Assembly (NCBI GenBank): GCA_049724395.1
Contig: JAUGWO010000156.1
Coordinates: 124,001 to 188,000, forward strand
Direction: 5' to 3'
Length of the DNA: 64,000 nt
From: Spongospora subterranea f. sp. subterranea
Taxonomy: Eukaryota
Part shown: positions 25,463 through 38,258 of the stretch, in pieces
Position numbering within the stretch: the first letter of the stretch is position 1
Layout: each line of letters begins with the position of its first letter
Position numbers and translations under genes: made by a program
Notes under the pieces: model-generated
What the model saw: only the letters and a program-made list of their open reading frames with translations
What the model was told of the DNA's origin: nothing
The model's database searches: none

Positions 25463-27412
25463 GGCGAAGTGGTCGAGGCCGCGCTTATATCCTCAAATGA
25501 TCTCAACCTCCGATCTGTCTCACACCGCCCTCAATGATCGGTTCACGCCCCCCTTTGTTATAATGGCCCCTTTCAGCACCCCGTTCACACCCGTTGTTTA
25601 ATAATGATATCGGTAATTGTTGCGCTATGGTCTATTGGTACAGATAGTCCGATCGCGCCTTCTTTCCTATACCCTTAACGATGGCGCAATCACCCGTACC
25701 TGACCATCATCGGGGTGGCACAAGACAGATCGCAATAGATCGGATGGGCATGGGGGATATCTCGCTAGGGGACAGGGATTTTCGAACAGCATGACACAAA
25801 CACGCCAACTGCAATCGACTCGCCGATCACGTGCATTCGTCGTGTGAATCCCAGCCTCATTGAACTCGGTGTTCGGTGTTCCTGGCAACGCCCCATCACA
25901 ACTGCCTACTCGTTATGATGATGGCGTCTGATCTGGTGCCCGATCATGCATCCCCGATGGAATTTTACCCCTTGTATATGTGATCGCAGCGTTGCCCTGA
26001 GTCGCCAATGTGGTGTATCGGCTCCTCCCGAATGGGACAAAAAAGGGCGACGATCTGTGTCAAACAGTGCTCGATAAATCGCATGATGACTATCGTTGCA
26101 ATGCATGTCGCCGTCAACGTGTCGTGTCGCTCTTGAGCCGAGTTGAGTGTTCAGCCGGGAGTTTTACCTGTACTCGACATCAGACAGGACACAAAGGCTC
26201 ATCATTCGAAATGCGCTTCTTTTACATGTCCAGATGACTTGCAAAACACAAGTGGTATTAGATTTGTCAAACGTGGCGCGTTTCGGATTTCCGGACCGTT
26301 ATTCAGCAAAGCTCGAGCTGAGATTATCCACAGGATAAACAACCAATAATGTGGAATTCGAATATGGTTTTTGATGGTTTGTCGAAGGTTGAGGACTTGC
26401 AATTACTCAATTACCCGTTACGTTCGCACACTACTTTCTACGATTAGTGTACGCCTAGCAGGTTGTGGTCCACAAATTCCTTTAACCCCTGACCGAAACT
26501 CGTATCAACCTGAGGTCTCGAAATGTCTGATATGATTCTACCATTGGCCGCTCCTGAACTTGATCAGAGCCATCAATACAACCGTTCAAAGTTTCGTTTG
26601 TAGTTTGTGACGCCTTCTACGCGATTAGAAAGAGTGATGTATTCGATAAATTTACACTTTGATCGTCGATAACGGATTATGGCAAAAGCCAACAAGACGG
26701 CAACAACTGCGGTCTGATATCAGGATGGATCAGCAGCTGGGTCTCGTCCTGGTGCATCATGGATTGGCAACTAGATCGTATCCACTGATTACATATTTCA
26801 AGTCCACAGCGATGTTGAAATTGAGGGAGTGAACCACTGCTCAAAACGGTACCCTGATGTCCGACCGATTCAATGGCGCCACATCATTCGACACGTGAAT
26901 CAACTGGTACTGGACGCGGTTTGAAGGGTTTTGGGGGTCACAACAACAATGGTGCTGATCATGATGTTGGTTATAATTCAGTGAGCGATATTTTTTTCCA
27001 AAGGGTCATTCTCGATAAAGTCACGCGCAACGACAACAATCGCCCAAATAGCGTCGGCCGGAATCGATCAGGAATTCAATCCGTTGCAATTTTGAAATTA
27101 ACGATGTTGAGTCAATAGACGATCCCATTGACTCAACTCTTTTCCGATTTTGGTCGATGGTCTCCTTTCTCCTCAGGTCGTAAAGAGCCCATTACCTTCT
27201 TTATCGAATAACAGAAATAACTCGGGCTCTGTTCTTGTTTCGCTTCCAGGCCTGATACACCTGCCGGCGCCAACAACAGCAACAACACCAAATATCAATC
27301 ACCCCGTCGTCGCGATTAAGGCGCCTTCTTCTTTAACCGGTCTTGTTTATTTGTATTCCATCGCGTAGTTCGCGACTAGCCTTGCGTCTGTAAGCGGGTC
27401 GATCGTTGTCGA

Positions 27413-28324
27413 ATGCCGCTGCGTCTCAGCCAACGTGTCTACGCTCGTGAGATGATCAACATCGTTGACGACAGTTATGTTCTTCCTGACAACAAACAAG
27501 AGCTGTCCCCGATTAGCGATTCCTTTTCCCACGCCAACGAACTGGATCTATCATTGCAGAGCTACCTCCTACCGAATGTCGCCAAACGACATTGGAGACA
27601 GATACAGGAGACCGGCGATCGGCAAGACGAATTCATGTTGGGATACCATTTCGACGTCGGCGTCAACAGTAATGACGACCTGCCGATGGCGCCAAACACA
27701 CCCCAGGCCATATTCTGGTATACTCGCGCCGCCGATAGGGGGCACATTATCGCCCAGCTCAATCTTGGGGTGCTGTTCGAAACAGGTCACCAAGGCGTCC
27801 AGGAACGAGATTACGAGACGGCCGTGAACTGGTACCATAGAGCGGCGTTGAACGGCCATCAGGGCGCCCAGTTCAATCTGGGCAGGTTATTCTGGTCGGG
27901 GAAAGGCGTCCCCCAGAACCTGCAAACCGCGTTCGGCTACTTCAAGAAGGCCGCCAAGAAGGGCAACCATATGGCCATGACCAATATTGGCGCCATGTAC
28001 ATGTCGGGGAACGGGGTTCAGGCCAACCCAGCCGAGGCCCGACGATGGTCGCAACTCGCCGCCATGAAGTCCAACGCCGTCGCACATCATAATTTGGGCG
28101 TCATGTTCGAGAACGGGATGGGCGGGAGACCGGATCCCGTTCTGGCCGCCATCCATTTCCGACACGCGTTGGATCCCCAAGATGTCCCATCCGGTGACGG
28201 ATTCGCTGTCGCGGGATCTACGACGTTCACGCGATCCATTGATATTCACATGAATTGCTCAAGATCTACCGTTAATATTTATTCAAGTGTCCCTATTACA
28301 GTCAATTCCTCTCGAACCCACTAA
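27413..28324 (+). CDS. Sel1-like repeat protein (intronless)
   Basis: Repeats such as AIFWYTRAADRGHIIAQLNLG, WYHRAALNGHQGAQFNLG..GKGVPQN and AMTNIGAMYMSGNGV. Confidence 0.9.
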   Translation: MPLRLSQRVYAREMINIVDDSYVLPDNKQELSPISDSFSHANELDLSLQSYLLPNVAKRHWRQIQETGDRQDEFMLGYHFDVGVNSNDDLPMAPNTPQAIFWYTRAADRGHIIAQLNLGVLFETGHQGVQERDYETAVNWYHRAALNGHQGAQFNLGRLFWSGKGVPQNLQTAFGYFKKAAKKGNHMAMTNIGAMYMSGNGVQANPAEARRWSQLAAMKSNAVAHHNLGVMFENGMGGRPDPVLAAIHFRHALDPQDVPSGDGFAVAGSTTFTRSIDIHMNCSRSTVNIYSSVPITVNSSRTH

Positions 28325-29041
28325 ATCTGTTGTCATTGTCTCGAACGTAGAAAATGATACTGAGTTTCGCTACCTGCTTTTGTAAAAATTGCATCAACAG
28401 GCGCATATCTGTACGAGATTGCAGGTTTACGATTTGAACATATTGGCACATTGTTTACAAGATTCAAACAATATAACGCCAGGCAATGACCGCTGTGTTG
28501 ATGGCGTCGTTAACAAACGGTTGAAGGGTTAGAAACAAACTTCTATGGTAGATGGTGTGGACCGGGCTTGCCAGGAATCATGATCGAGAACCAATCAACC
28601 TTAATCTGATCCGAACCCCCATGTCCACTGTAACTTCGGACTGTTCATGACGCGCCATAACCGGCACTGTTGGCCATATATGGCGACTACCCCACCGTGT
28701 CCCAGTCGACTTGGCCACCGAACCGGGCACTCACTACAGGGTGCGCACGCACCGTTATTGAAGTGACCGTGTGTGTCGGGCGGTGTAACGGTTATCTGAC
28801 TGTGGAGCTGGCCATCCCTTGTGGACAACACTCACTAGGATTGACGTAACATAGGTCATGCATTTACGTGTCAACTGGCAGCTCAAGTTGTAACAGTAAC
28901 AAGGGCCATGCTTCCACTGACGACGGGCTGTTCGCTACAGTATAACCCCCACCCTATGTATGGAGTGTCCGCCATGGACATGAGGACATGGCGCTACAAG
29001 TCCAATTGTGAGGAACCCGCGTTGTTTCATTCACAACGATC

Positions 29042-30519
29042 ATGGCGTCGTTTTTTGAACATCAGGTTCTGGCGATCATCGCTGTGCTCCTGGTTATCGG
29101 TACCGAATGTCGTGTATCCCCGATCCCATTCGCCAGTTACCAGGACGATGGCGTTCGACCATTACCCCGTCATGAAAACGCCAAGATCATCCGCGTTCCT
29201 GTCTCCAAAGTCGGGAACGATAATCCCACCATGATCAAGTCGATAGTGCATGGAAAATATGGTGATTTTGCGCTCCCTTCAGTGCCGATTGAAGATTTCA
29301 TGAATGCGCAATACTATGGAACCGTTTCTGTAGGAACACCACCTCAAAAGTTCAAGGTCGTATTCGACACAGGAAGCTCCAATTTCTGGGTTCCAGCCAA
29401 GACGGTGCGCACTCCCAATCATTCTAAATACGACCATGACGCCTCCAGAACTTACCAAAGCAACGGAACTGAGCTCAGCATTCGCTACGGAAGCGGTGAT
29501 ATCTCGGGTTTCGAAAGCAAAGACACGGTTGGAGTTGCCGGAATGAACATCAGCGAGTTCGCTTTCATGGAAACGACGGTCGAACACGGCATGTCGTTCT
29601 GGTTCGCCAAGTTCGACGGAATCGTAGGAATGGCCTTCCCCAGCATCAGCGTTGGCGGATTGGCGCCAGTTTACCAGGCTCTGTACGACTGCGGCATCGT
29701 CTATAATAGAATGTTCTCGTTCTTCCTGCCCAGCTCCCCCGAGGAACAAGGCGAGCTGACCTTCGGTGGATTGGACGTCTCCCGGTACGCCGGCCCAATG
29801 AACTGGTTCCCTTTAGTCACCAAAACGTACTTGGCAAATCATGGTAATCGCTTCGTCCATTGACCTGCAGATTTGCTCAACTAATCGGGGTGCCTAGGCC
29901 GATTCCGTTGCGTTGGGCGCGACCTGCGTTTTCAACCAGACCGTAATCGTCGACACCGGTACGTCGGTCATGATCGGCCCCAAAGCCTACGTCGATGAAT
30001 TTATTCACTCACTGAGTAAGTTGTGCAATTTCGCTGGATGATCCCCAATCCGGTACTGATCACGGTTTTGCTCTAGAGGCACCAATGATCCGTCTGAACG
30101 GGCAGTCTTTCACCAGTTGCGCGCTGACAGGGTCATTCCCCAACTTCAGGGTCGTTTTCAATAACGTGAACTTCGACCTCACTCCCGACCAATACCTGTA
30201 ATTGCCCATTATCGCTGAATACTTCGCCATTGTTCTCATTATTGTGTTCAGTATCAAGACGAAAGTGTCCAATGTCGAACTGTGCATGGTGGGAATAATG
30301 GGAATGGACGTCCCATCTGGCGTTGACGGCGGAAAGTCCTGGATCCTTGGCGACTTGTTCCTTCGCCAGTACTATTCCGTCTACGATGTCGATAATGAAC
30401 GAGTCGGTCTGGCTCCAGTTCACTCGAACAACCAGATGCGACCCATGCGGACGACCCATTCCGAACCCGATGCCGAGTTCATCAAATTGCACGAATTCAT
30501 CAACTCCCTCATCGAATAG
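29042..30519 (+). CDS. Secreted pepsin/cathepsin D-like aspartic protease (A1), with a +1 frame break at about 29831
   Basis: Signal peptide, NAQYYGTVSVGTPPQKFKVVFDTGSSNFWV, FDGIVGMAF, second catalytic motif IVDTGTS (about 29950), WILGDLFLRQYYSVYD..RVGLA. Confidence 0.93.
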
Positions 30520-31179
30520 AACAATTGATCCCGAATACACTTTCGTTATAACAACTCGTCTCTCAGATTGAATCACTTTTGGCCAATAATTCTGGAAGCT
30601 GCTGTCAATTGTGAAACTAGGGTTTTCCCATTCGACATACCAATGGTTTATGTGATTTTGTATTATTTCATAACGATTCAACTGATTCAGTATCGCCATA
30701 TGATATATTTGAGGCGACCGTCAAGACAAATACTGACACGGAGGGATACGCCCCCTTGCTGCTGGAAATTATTCGCTTTTCCATACTTGGCAGCATTTTC
30801 TTTGCAAACGGAATACCTAGCGTGAAGGTCTCCGCCTCCTTTCCTTCGAAATGAAGAATGGCACGAGACTCCGGGCACCCCAGAACATGAACCTTGGAGC
30901 TCGGCTTGATGTAAAATGAATGTTCAGCACCTTGCCATTCGACGAGATTGCCGCTGACAGTGAATAATTTGTTATAATGTTCAAAATCCGCCCACCACAC
31001 AATCTCATATGGTCTTAAATCAAACTGAAAACCTGTTTTTTTGATTCTCATTGGAGTACGCCTCTGCAGCTGTAAGGTCTAAATCGTCTGAGGATTCAGC
31101 CGCACACGATTTGAAATCGCGTTTTGCGCCAATCATCATCGGTTGAAGTTCGTCAGCATTGTCATGGGCGACCATTCCA

Positions 31180-31415
31180 TGAGCAGCATCTCTTCCACAG
31201 AGACATTTGGTGTCAGAAAGTCCTATTTCCCTCAACTCCCTCACGAGAACCTGGAACACCGGGAGCGACATTCGGAACATGTCGTTGATTCTATGACTAT
31301 TGCCATGAATTACTTTCCTGCACCCATGCACGTCCAGTCCTAACGGACGTATGATAGGGCAGTTTATACAGAAATCGGTCAGAATACCACTTGGCAACTG
31401 CCACGATTGCAATCT
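31180..31415 (-). mobile_element. Decayed PIF/Harbinger-type transposase N-terminal fragment
   Basis: Frameshift-corrected translation LPYHTSVRTGRAWVQE-VIHGNSHRINDMFRMSLPVFQVLVRELREIGLSDTK-VSVEEML matches the P-HTS--TG--WV-E / FRM---F--L / VS-EE-L pattern preceding the Harbinger DDE nuclease. No catalytic core seen. Confidence 0.65.
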
Positions 31416-32082
31416 GACTTCGCTTGGAGAGCACCAGACCACGAACGTGTTGTTTTTCCATTTGAAAAAGGCGCGTCACATAGTTGTCAATGTCGTGATA
31501 ACTTCATATCACAATAACGCTGTAGCAATATCATTGTTCGGAATATTGCGATCATTTATTGGGCCGGCATCCAGACGAGCCCTAGCTTTCATATTGGGTT
31601 TGACCTGTGAAAATAACCAGTTTCTGCGCTGGGTTTTTCTGAGACTGGAAAAACCGGTTTCTGCAGTCGTTTCGATCTCCAGCGCAATCCGCAGTGTTCA
31701 ACAAATGACTTCAGCTGATGAAGGGATTTGGTTTTATCAATACGCATCTGCCATCATCGGAGCCCAGCCGCAATCGTTCAGAACGTTAACGTGGAGAAGA
31801 AAATGGCACATTTTGGCATCTGCTTGCCCGCATGCCTTCGAGTATGGCTTGATATTCGTTGCTCGCACGCAGGATTGCGACGAGAACACCTTCCTGATGG
31901 GCCTCAACTTCTCTCAGTCTTACCGGCCAGAGGATGACGCATGTCCAGTTGTCAAGATCACACAATCTTTGTGATTAGGACAAGTGTTAAAAACAACCGA
32001 ATGGACTGCCGACACGATCAAAGAGATATTTTTTACAGTTTAATGATAACCTGAAGAATAGGGAATGCTGGATGGATAAGCT

Positions 32083-32870
32083 TCAGATGGTGATTTCGAC
32101 ATGATCGGATCCAGGGATAGGATACGATAAGGAGGCGCTCGACATGAATCGCGACACGACCTCGATCACCAAATCGGATTGACGCTCGGCAACGAGCACC
32201 GTCCTGAACAATCGCTGGCCGATCGCCCATTGCCGACCGGCCAATCGTATCGCCCTGACCAGGTTGGCGATCAGCGAGTATAGGGGACCGGGTTGAGTTC
32301 GTCGGTAATCGCCTAACAGGAACACCACGTAAACCCGGTCGTTATCACACGCGATCCGCTCCAATGTTGGCTTTGGGAACCCAATAGCCCCTGCCAAACA
32401 CGAATCAATATCAACAGATCGCCAACAGCCGAGCTCTAAACCCAAACGATCACACAATAAACGATCACTCAGAAATAACGTTAATGGCGCTAACAACTAG
32501 GGGTTGAAATTTCATGAAAAGAGCAAGTTGTAGTAAAAGCGTTGAGATACGAGGGCGATTGAATGATGAGGGGTTGACGTGTCTGTGAATATTGGACCTG
32601 GATTCGATGGGGCTACGATGGGCCGAAACGGCTCATTGGAACATGGACCGAACATGATGGCGATATAGGTCGGGGAATACAGTAATCTGGCCGTCATTGG
32701 GGTGATGACGCCAACCCTGTTGTGTGTCGATTGGGGGGAAAAGGGATATCTTATCTCCAGAACTGGACGGAATCAGCAGAAGATCCCGAATCAGATTGTG
32801 ACGTCGGAACCAGAACCGGATCCTGATCTGGATATCTGTCCCGTCCCAACGATGACTCACCATTGATTCA
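32083..32870 (-). CDS. Possible hypothetical protein
   Basis: 137-aa protein-like terminal ORF (32083-32496) with upstream candidate exons. No motif recognised. Confidence 0.3.
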
Positions 32871-33247
32871 TTTGTTCACGGTTTATGCACCTAATCGCCG
32901 TCTATCTGGCCCCGCTTCATCATTCCAACCGCATCGACATCGATCCAGATAAATTTGCACCAGATTACTTTGTTATTATTCCACATCTTCCTCTTGGAGA
33001 TTCGTCAGAAACCGTCTTTCTGGGTCTGTTGATAGAAATAGGTCCGAACAATCAACCACCAGCAGTTGGATTCCCAAATTATTCGAGCTGGGACAGGTCA
33101 TTTTGCTTTCAGCTCGACTATTTCAATGAAATCTTCCTACTAACTAGTTTCCACCTGGCAATTCAACGAACAAGGGAAGATTTGAATAAACATTTCCCCG
33201 TTTTCCCATAGATTTGACAAGAAAATCCGGTAGATAAATGATGAATA

Positions 33248-34297
33248 TTATTGGTGCTTCAAAATAACCAATCCGTCCTTGCTCTTGACGACGGCCCAAT
33301 CCAGATCGTTGACGTCGCAGGAGCCGATCATTCCGTATTTCAGAAACACGCCCTCGTTCAGTGTGGACGCCGGCGAGAAATGGCTCCCGTACAGCTTCAG
33401 GTCGCCTTTCCCGCCGTGATTCACATGGATGGCGTCGACGACCGGCGTCGTGTTGATCGTCACGATCCCACCGGTGGCGCTGGCCCAGCCCACGATCCAG
33501 TTGTCGAACCCGATTCCGCCCAACACAAACGGGGGCAACGACCTCCAATCCCAATCCCCGTCCCGATTCCACAGGAAGTAATCGGCCGTGATGTCCTCGA
33601 ACATCGTTCCCGACGACCGAATGAACGCGTCGAATTTCCTCCAGATTTCTTGGTCGATTTCGTGGTCCATCGGCATCAAATCGTCCGGAACGTCGACGTT
33701 CTTCCTGACGCCGGTGATGAAATATCGCCGCCAAGAATTAGCGACGGCGTTCGCCACGATTTCCTGCAAGGCGACGGCGAAGTTGTCGAGGAATATGATG
33801 TCGCTGTTGGCGAATCCCACGATAGGAGTCGGGGCAAGCTTAGTGACGAGCTCGAAGGCGTGATTGTAGGTGAGATCCCCTATGGAGGAACCGCTTTCCG
33901 GTTGAATTGTGGCGATCCCCAGTGTGTGAGCCAACTGAATCAATGGACAGGACGTGGTCAGAATCAGGAAATTCACGTTCGGCGATAACAGCGCCCGAGA
34001 ATGGAGAATATAGCGGAGATGGCGTAATCCGCCTGAATTATACGTGTGTTTACTGATGGACTTCATGGAGAGGATGATTGTGGCGACCGCATTCGGATTC
34101 AACCCCCCATGCAATCCGGGGCGATGGCAGGCTGATTGGGCAATGAAGGCGGCGGTGGATTGGGGAGCGCAGGCGGGAGGGCGATTGTGGATGGCGATGT
34201 AGAGGAAGATGAGCTGTGTGATAGTGAAAGGGAGGACGAGGCGGGAGAAGGAGATGGGGGAGAGGTGATGACGCCGGTCATGGTCTCGGGATGCCAT
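33248..34297 (-). CDS. Type II membrane putative glycosyltransferase (RAY1 N-terminal-domain-like), intronless
   Basis: N-terminal TM anchor. GFANSDIIF (DxD-like), GVRKNVD, DYFLW, LPPFVLGGIGFDNWIV and AIHVNH motifs resemble the NSDI/DYF/DNW glycosyltransferase-like family. Confidence 0.65.
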   Translation of the reverse strand: MASRDHDRRHHLSPISFSRLVLPFTITQLIFLYIAIHNRPPACAPQSTAAFIAQSACHRPGLHGGLNPNAVATIILSMKSISKHTYNSGGLRHLRYILHSRALLSPNVNFLILTTSCPLIQLAHTLGIATIQPESGSSIGDLTYNHAFELVTKLAPTPIVGFANSDIIFLDNFAVALQEIVANAVANSWRRYFITGVRKNVDVPDDLMPMDHEIDQEIWRKFDAFIRSSGTMFEDITADYFLWNRDGDWDWRSLPPFVLGGIGFDNWIVGWASATGGIVTINTTPVVDAIHVNHGGKGDLKLYGSHFSPASTLNEGVFLKYGMIGSCDVNDLDWAVVKSKDGLVILKHQ

Positions 34298-34609
34298 TCA
34301 ACCGATTTATCGGGTCCAATCCCATAGGCAGGATGAAGCCAGTCCTGGACCACTGGCCCTCTAGCGCCATGTCTGTGACCGAATATCACAGACGATTGTT
34401 GATTGGTTATTGTCACGATAGGTTCTGACGATATTGAACCCTGAAAGAGCCTCATCTTATTGCACCCATTAATGTCAAACGCGTTGGTTTCTACAGATGT
34501 GAAAACAAGAACCAAAGGGCTGTACAATTATTCCCCGGCCCTGTACATCATTATGGAAGGCGTTCGAGATGATTCTTATGAAAGAATCAATGGATTTGAC
34601 ACAAATCAA

Positions 34610-35290
34610 GGTGTTCACGAAGCACTTGAGGACAGGAAGGTTTTACATTAGTCGATGTGATATCCCGATGACAGCTTTGATTCGATGCTGAGTGCAGTGT
34701 GAAGTCATTTGAGTGATCAAGTTCTGCATATGGTGGCAGAACTATATATCACCTTGGTAAGGCCAATAAGTCTGAATCAGCTTTATCCAGAATTGCGATT
34801 TGATGACCGAGCAGCAGGATTTGAAACTATTAATTGATCGGAACAACATTGTTTTTGGCTGATGAACTTTTCCAAAAAGTTCATCGCGAAATGTACGTCG
34901 AAATCCTGAATCTTGAGGCGTTCGCCTGGTATGAGCAAGAGCGCCGGTCGAATAATCAGACTGTATTCCGGGGAGTATCTGCCAAGAATGAGGAGAATGG
35001 CGCCTACATGACGGGGGTGAGACAACCAATATGTGATGACAACTCACACTGGTGTTTTAATGGGTTGTTGTTTTCTCTGCAATAAAGGGATTCTTTCTCT
35101 ACAGTGAGGACTTGCAATACATTATTGAAAAACACATGTCTCACAACAAAGAACAGGCCACCCGTTAGAAGCAACACTTTATTCCTATGCAGGCTTGACT
35201 CGCGATCATGAAAAAGTGTGTTCAAACCTCAAACAATGAAGAGGATTTTGTCACTTTTATTAGCAGGTTGATCATGGTATTGCTGGCTGT
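34610..35290 (+). mobile_element. Degenerate Ty3/gypsy LTR-retrotransposon pol remnant (RNase H end and integrase zinc-binding region)
   Basis: 34747-34791 translates YHLGKANKSESALSR, matching the gypsy YxPGKxNxxADALSR motif. Weak downstream TGHP..T similarity. Many stops and frameshifts. Confidence 0.5.
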
Positions 35291-36435
35291 CCGATAACTC
35301 TATGAACTTTGCATCGTACAGGACCAGATACGGCAGTTCTTACACCAATGTGTTGATGATGTGTTTCGTGGGATTGTCGCCATGTGGGGGGTTGCGCAGT
35401 AACTATATTCCAGTCTGCCTATTCGCCATCATCATGTCGTTATTGGTGTCGGTTTATGGCTCCATTCCTGGATCGGGCGTTGATAGTATGAACGAGCTGC
35501 TCAGAATTATGTCCATATCGCATCAGGTTGTTGACCGTCATGAAGCGGTATATGAACATTCAGATCGAGGTCGCTTTCCAGTTTTTTCGAGTTTTTTTTT
35601 TCAGCCTTGTGCATCGTTGCGCATTCTATTGATGTGTACGGTTTATTTCCAATGTGATTTCGGGATAAGGCTTTTCATCATGTGTTGGCTGTCATCCTCC
35701 ACATTATATTGAAGCAGGTTTCTATGTTTGTCTAGGGCGTTCCCGCAAGTCAACCGAATGTCGTGTGAGAACGGAACACGATCAATGCATTCTTCGTCAA
35801 TTGGGACATTCAATTGATCCATCTCGACATCGGGCCACAGTCCGCTCAATGAGCGATATTGGAATATCTAAGCACTATCGGACGATGTTGGCGGCGGTCG
35901 AGTACGTTCCGGTATATCAAATACGGTTAAGGGGGATCGTCTATTCTTTTAAGGATCATCAATCAGTTCAAGTCGCCCAATTATTCAAGGTCCTCGATCG
36001 TCAAATGTTTTTTTTCGCGGAAAAACGTTGCAGTTCGTCAACCTCGTGTCGTTGCACAATTGTTGATTTCTCATGTATTTCCCATTGGGGTCGCCGCTGA
36101 TTCAGCGTGTAGGTGACGAGCATAGAAGATCCTGGGATCTTGGTGGATCCGAATCTATGGCTTCTCGAGATATCGACAGCCGTATCGAACGTGGATGGGG
36201 AGCTAGCCAACGCTGAGCAGTCGGTGGTGCAATTGTCAAAAACCTTATCAGAGTCAGCAAATGTGTCCTGTAATTGCAACTGTTCATCTGACGATTTTCC
36301 AGTTCAACAGACGCTGAATTCTACACAACCCCATGAAGCTAACTCGCGAAATAAACTATTGAGAATGTTTCAATTAAATTAATCTGTTAATTACATTTAA
36401 CCAGGAAATTCAAATATCGTGGAAACTGTTGTCGA

Positions 36436-37612
36436 TCATTTGCTGTAATCTGGTACACCTAATGACGATGCCAGTATCGCCATTCGAACAAAAACCCCAT
36501 GGCGCATTTGTTTGAAATAAGCTGCTCTTGGGTCACTATCTACGTCAGGATGGATTTCGGTCGTTCGTGGCAAAGGATGCATAACGATCATGTCGTTTTT
36601 CGCGGCCAACAGCGTCGTTGGTGTGATTATGAAAGCGTTTTTCACCAGCTCGTATTCCTCCAGAGAAGAAAACCGCTCTTTCTGAACCCTTGTTACATAG
36701 AGTACATCCGATGTGGAAATGACCGATGCCAAATTGTTGCTAATCGTATAAGGGACTTTAAGCTGCTCGATTAATCCAGCAGGCATTTGCAGCGATTCTA
36801 CAGTCGAACTAATCAGTTCTAACGGTCCAAATCAACCGTGTATTCAAGGATGTACCAGGGCTGATGAAATGTAACTGTTTGGCACCAAACATGTTCAGCA
36901 GCTTGGTTAGTGAATGCACAGTTCGCCCGTGGCGTAGATCGCCAACCATGGTGATCGTGACGTTTTCTACCTTTCCAATTAGTTTTTTGATCGTATATAA
37001 ATCTAGTAACGCTGCATATACGGATTCAGCCGTCGAATCTGGACAAAGGTGTCGATGAGTATTACCTTGAGTCGGATGCTCGCAAATGCCATCCCCTGCA
37101 TTGATTACTGGAACCTACGAAGAAAATCAGCGATTCACGTCAGAAGAATACCGCAATACTAACTGGTGAACAGGAAGCGGCAGATTTGGCAGCTCCACCT
37201 TCAGGATGGCGCAACACCAATATATCGCAATATGAAGCCATGGTACGGACCGTGTCCTCTAGTGTCTCTCCTTTGGCAATGGATGAGGCGGTGGCAGTAA
37301 TGGGTATAACGCTTCCGCCTAGATTGAGCATGGCAGCGTGGAACGATGATGAGGTCCGAGAACTAGGCTCGTAGAATATATTCCCTAGAATCTAGCACAT
37401 AATTCAGCGACAAATATGTAAAATAAGAAGAAGAACAAAATGGACTGTTGATGTCAAAAATTTGTGAAACTGAAAGGCGTATAAAAGCAACCTTTCCAGA
37501 CAATACGTTGGATTTGACACCCTTATCCAGCAAAATACTCCCAATGTTCTGCTTGTTCCAAGATTCGGACCACATCATCAACTGTCAACTGATCAATGGA
37601 TACGAGACTCAT
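36436..37612 (-). CDS. pyrB: Stand-alone aspartate carbamoyltransferase catalytic chain, with a +1 frame break at about 37541
   Basis: [86 protein letters not shown]. Confidence 0.95.
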
Positions 37613-38258
37613 ATCAAGGAACCAGGCCAGCAACGGTCACTCAGGCAATTGACCAAGTGAACTTGGGCGGCGAAACGGGTTTCCGGTGACTGGTGGCGGC
37701 CAGGGCCTGCATTCACATCAGTGCAGTCAGTCAGGTCACAGTCTGTAGCAGAGCAAAAGGTGACACTGGTACTGTATATAGGGATACTACATGTAGTGTA
37801 CACACATGATCGCCATCCATCTCCAGACTCGGCTTTCGTCTGCCAAAGCCTGGCACAATGCGCGATGTTCATTCCTTTCCCGATTATATGTCTAACGGCT
37901 ACTGCGGTCCGTCTCCTCCCACAGCCCAATCGATATTACCTCTGGTGACTCCTGTGATCGCTTGGCAAGCGTTGAATAACATCTGTCACTGCAAAATCGA
38001 GTCTAGTCCTCCCCGATCGCAGTGAAAGTCGGATGTTTTTCAAAGTTCTTCATGTCGGCGAATTCGATTGCAATAAACGTTTTAATCGTATCCCTTTGTG
38101 AGCCAGCGCCTTTTATTGTTGGTTAGGTGTAGATGATTTGAAGTCATCAACAAATATCGCGTTTGCGTTTCCAGTGGGCTGCGCTTTTATGCATGATTTT
38201 TGTTATTCAATTCCCCACCGTCATTACTCTTATCGATTCGGGTTTGACATCATCACTA

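Noticed and set aside
25560..27400. Cluster of short ORFs between the ABCG and Sel1 genes
   Set aside because: Multiple stops in all frames and no family motif; treated as intergenic or unidentifiable decay.
33144..33988. Long alternative-frame and antisense ORFs over the glycosyltransferase (also over the 11-12 kb and 27-28 kb genes)
   Set aside because: These are shadow ORFs expected from GC-rich codon usage and carry no recognisable motifs.
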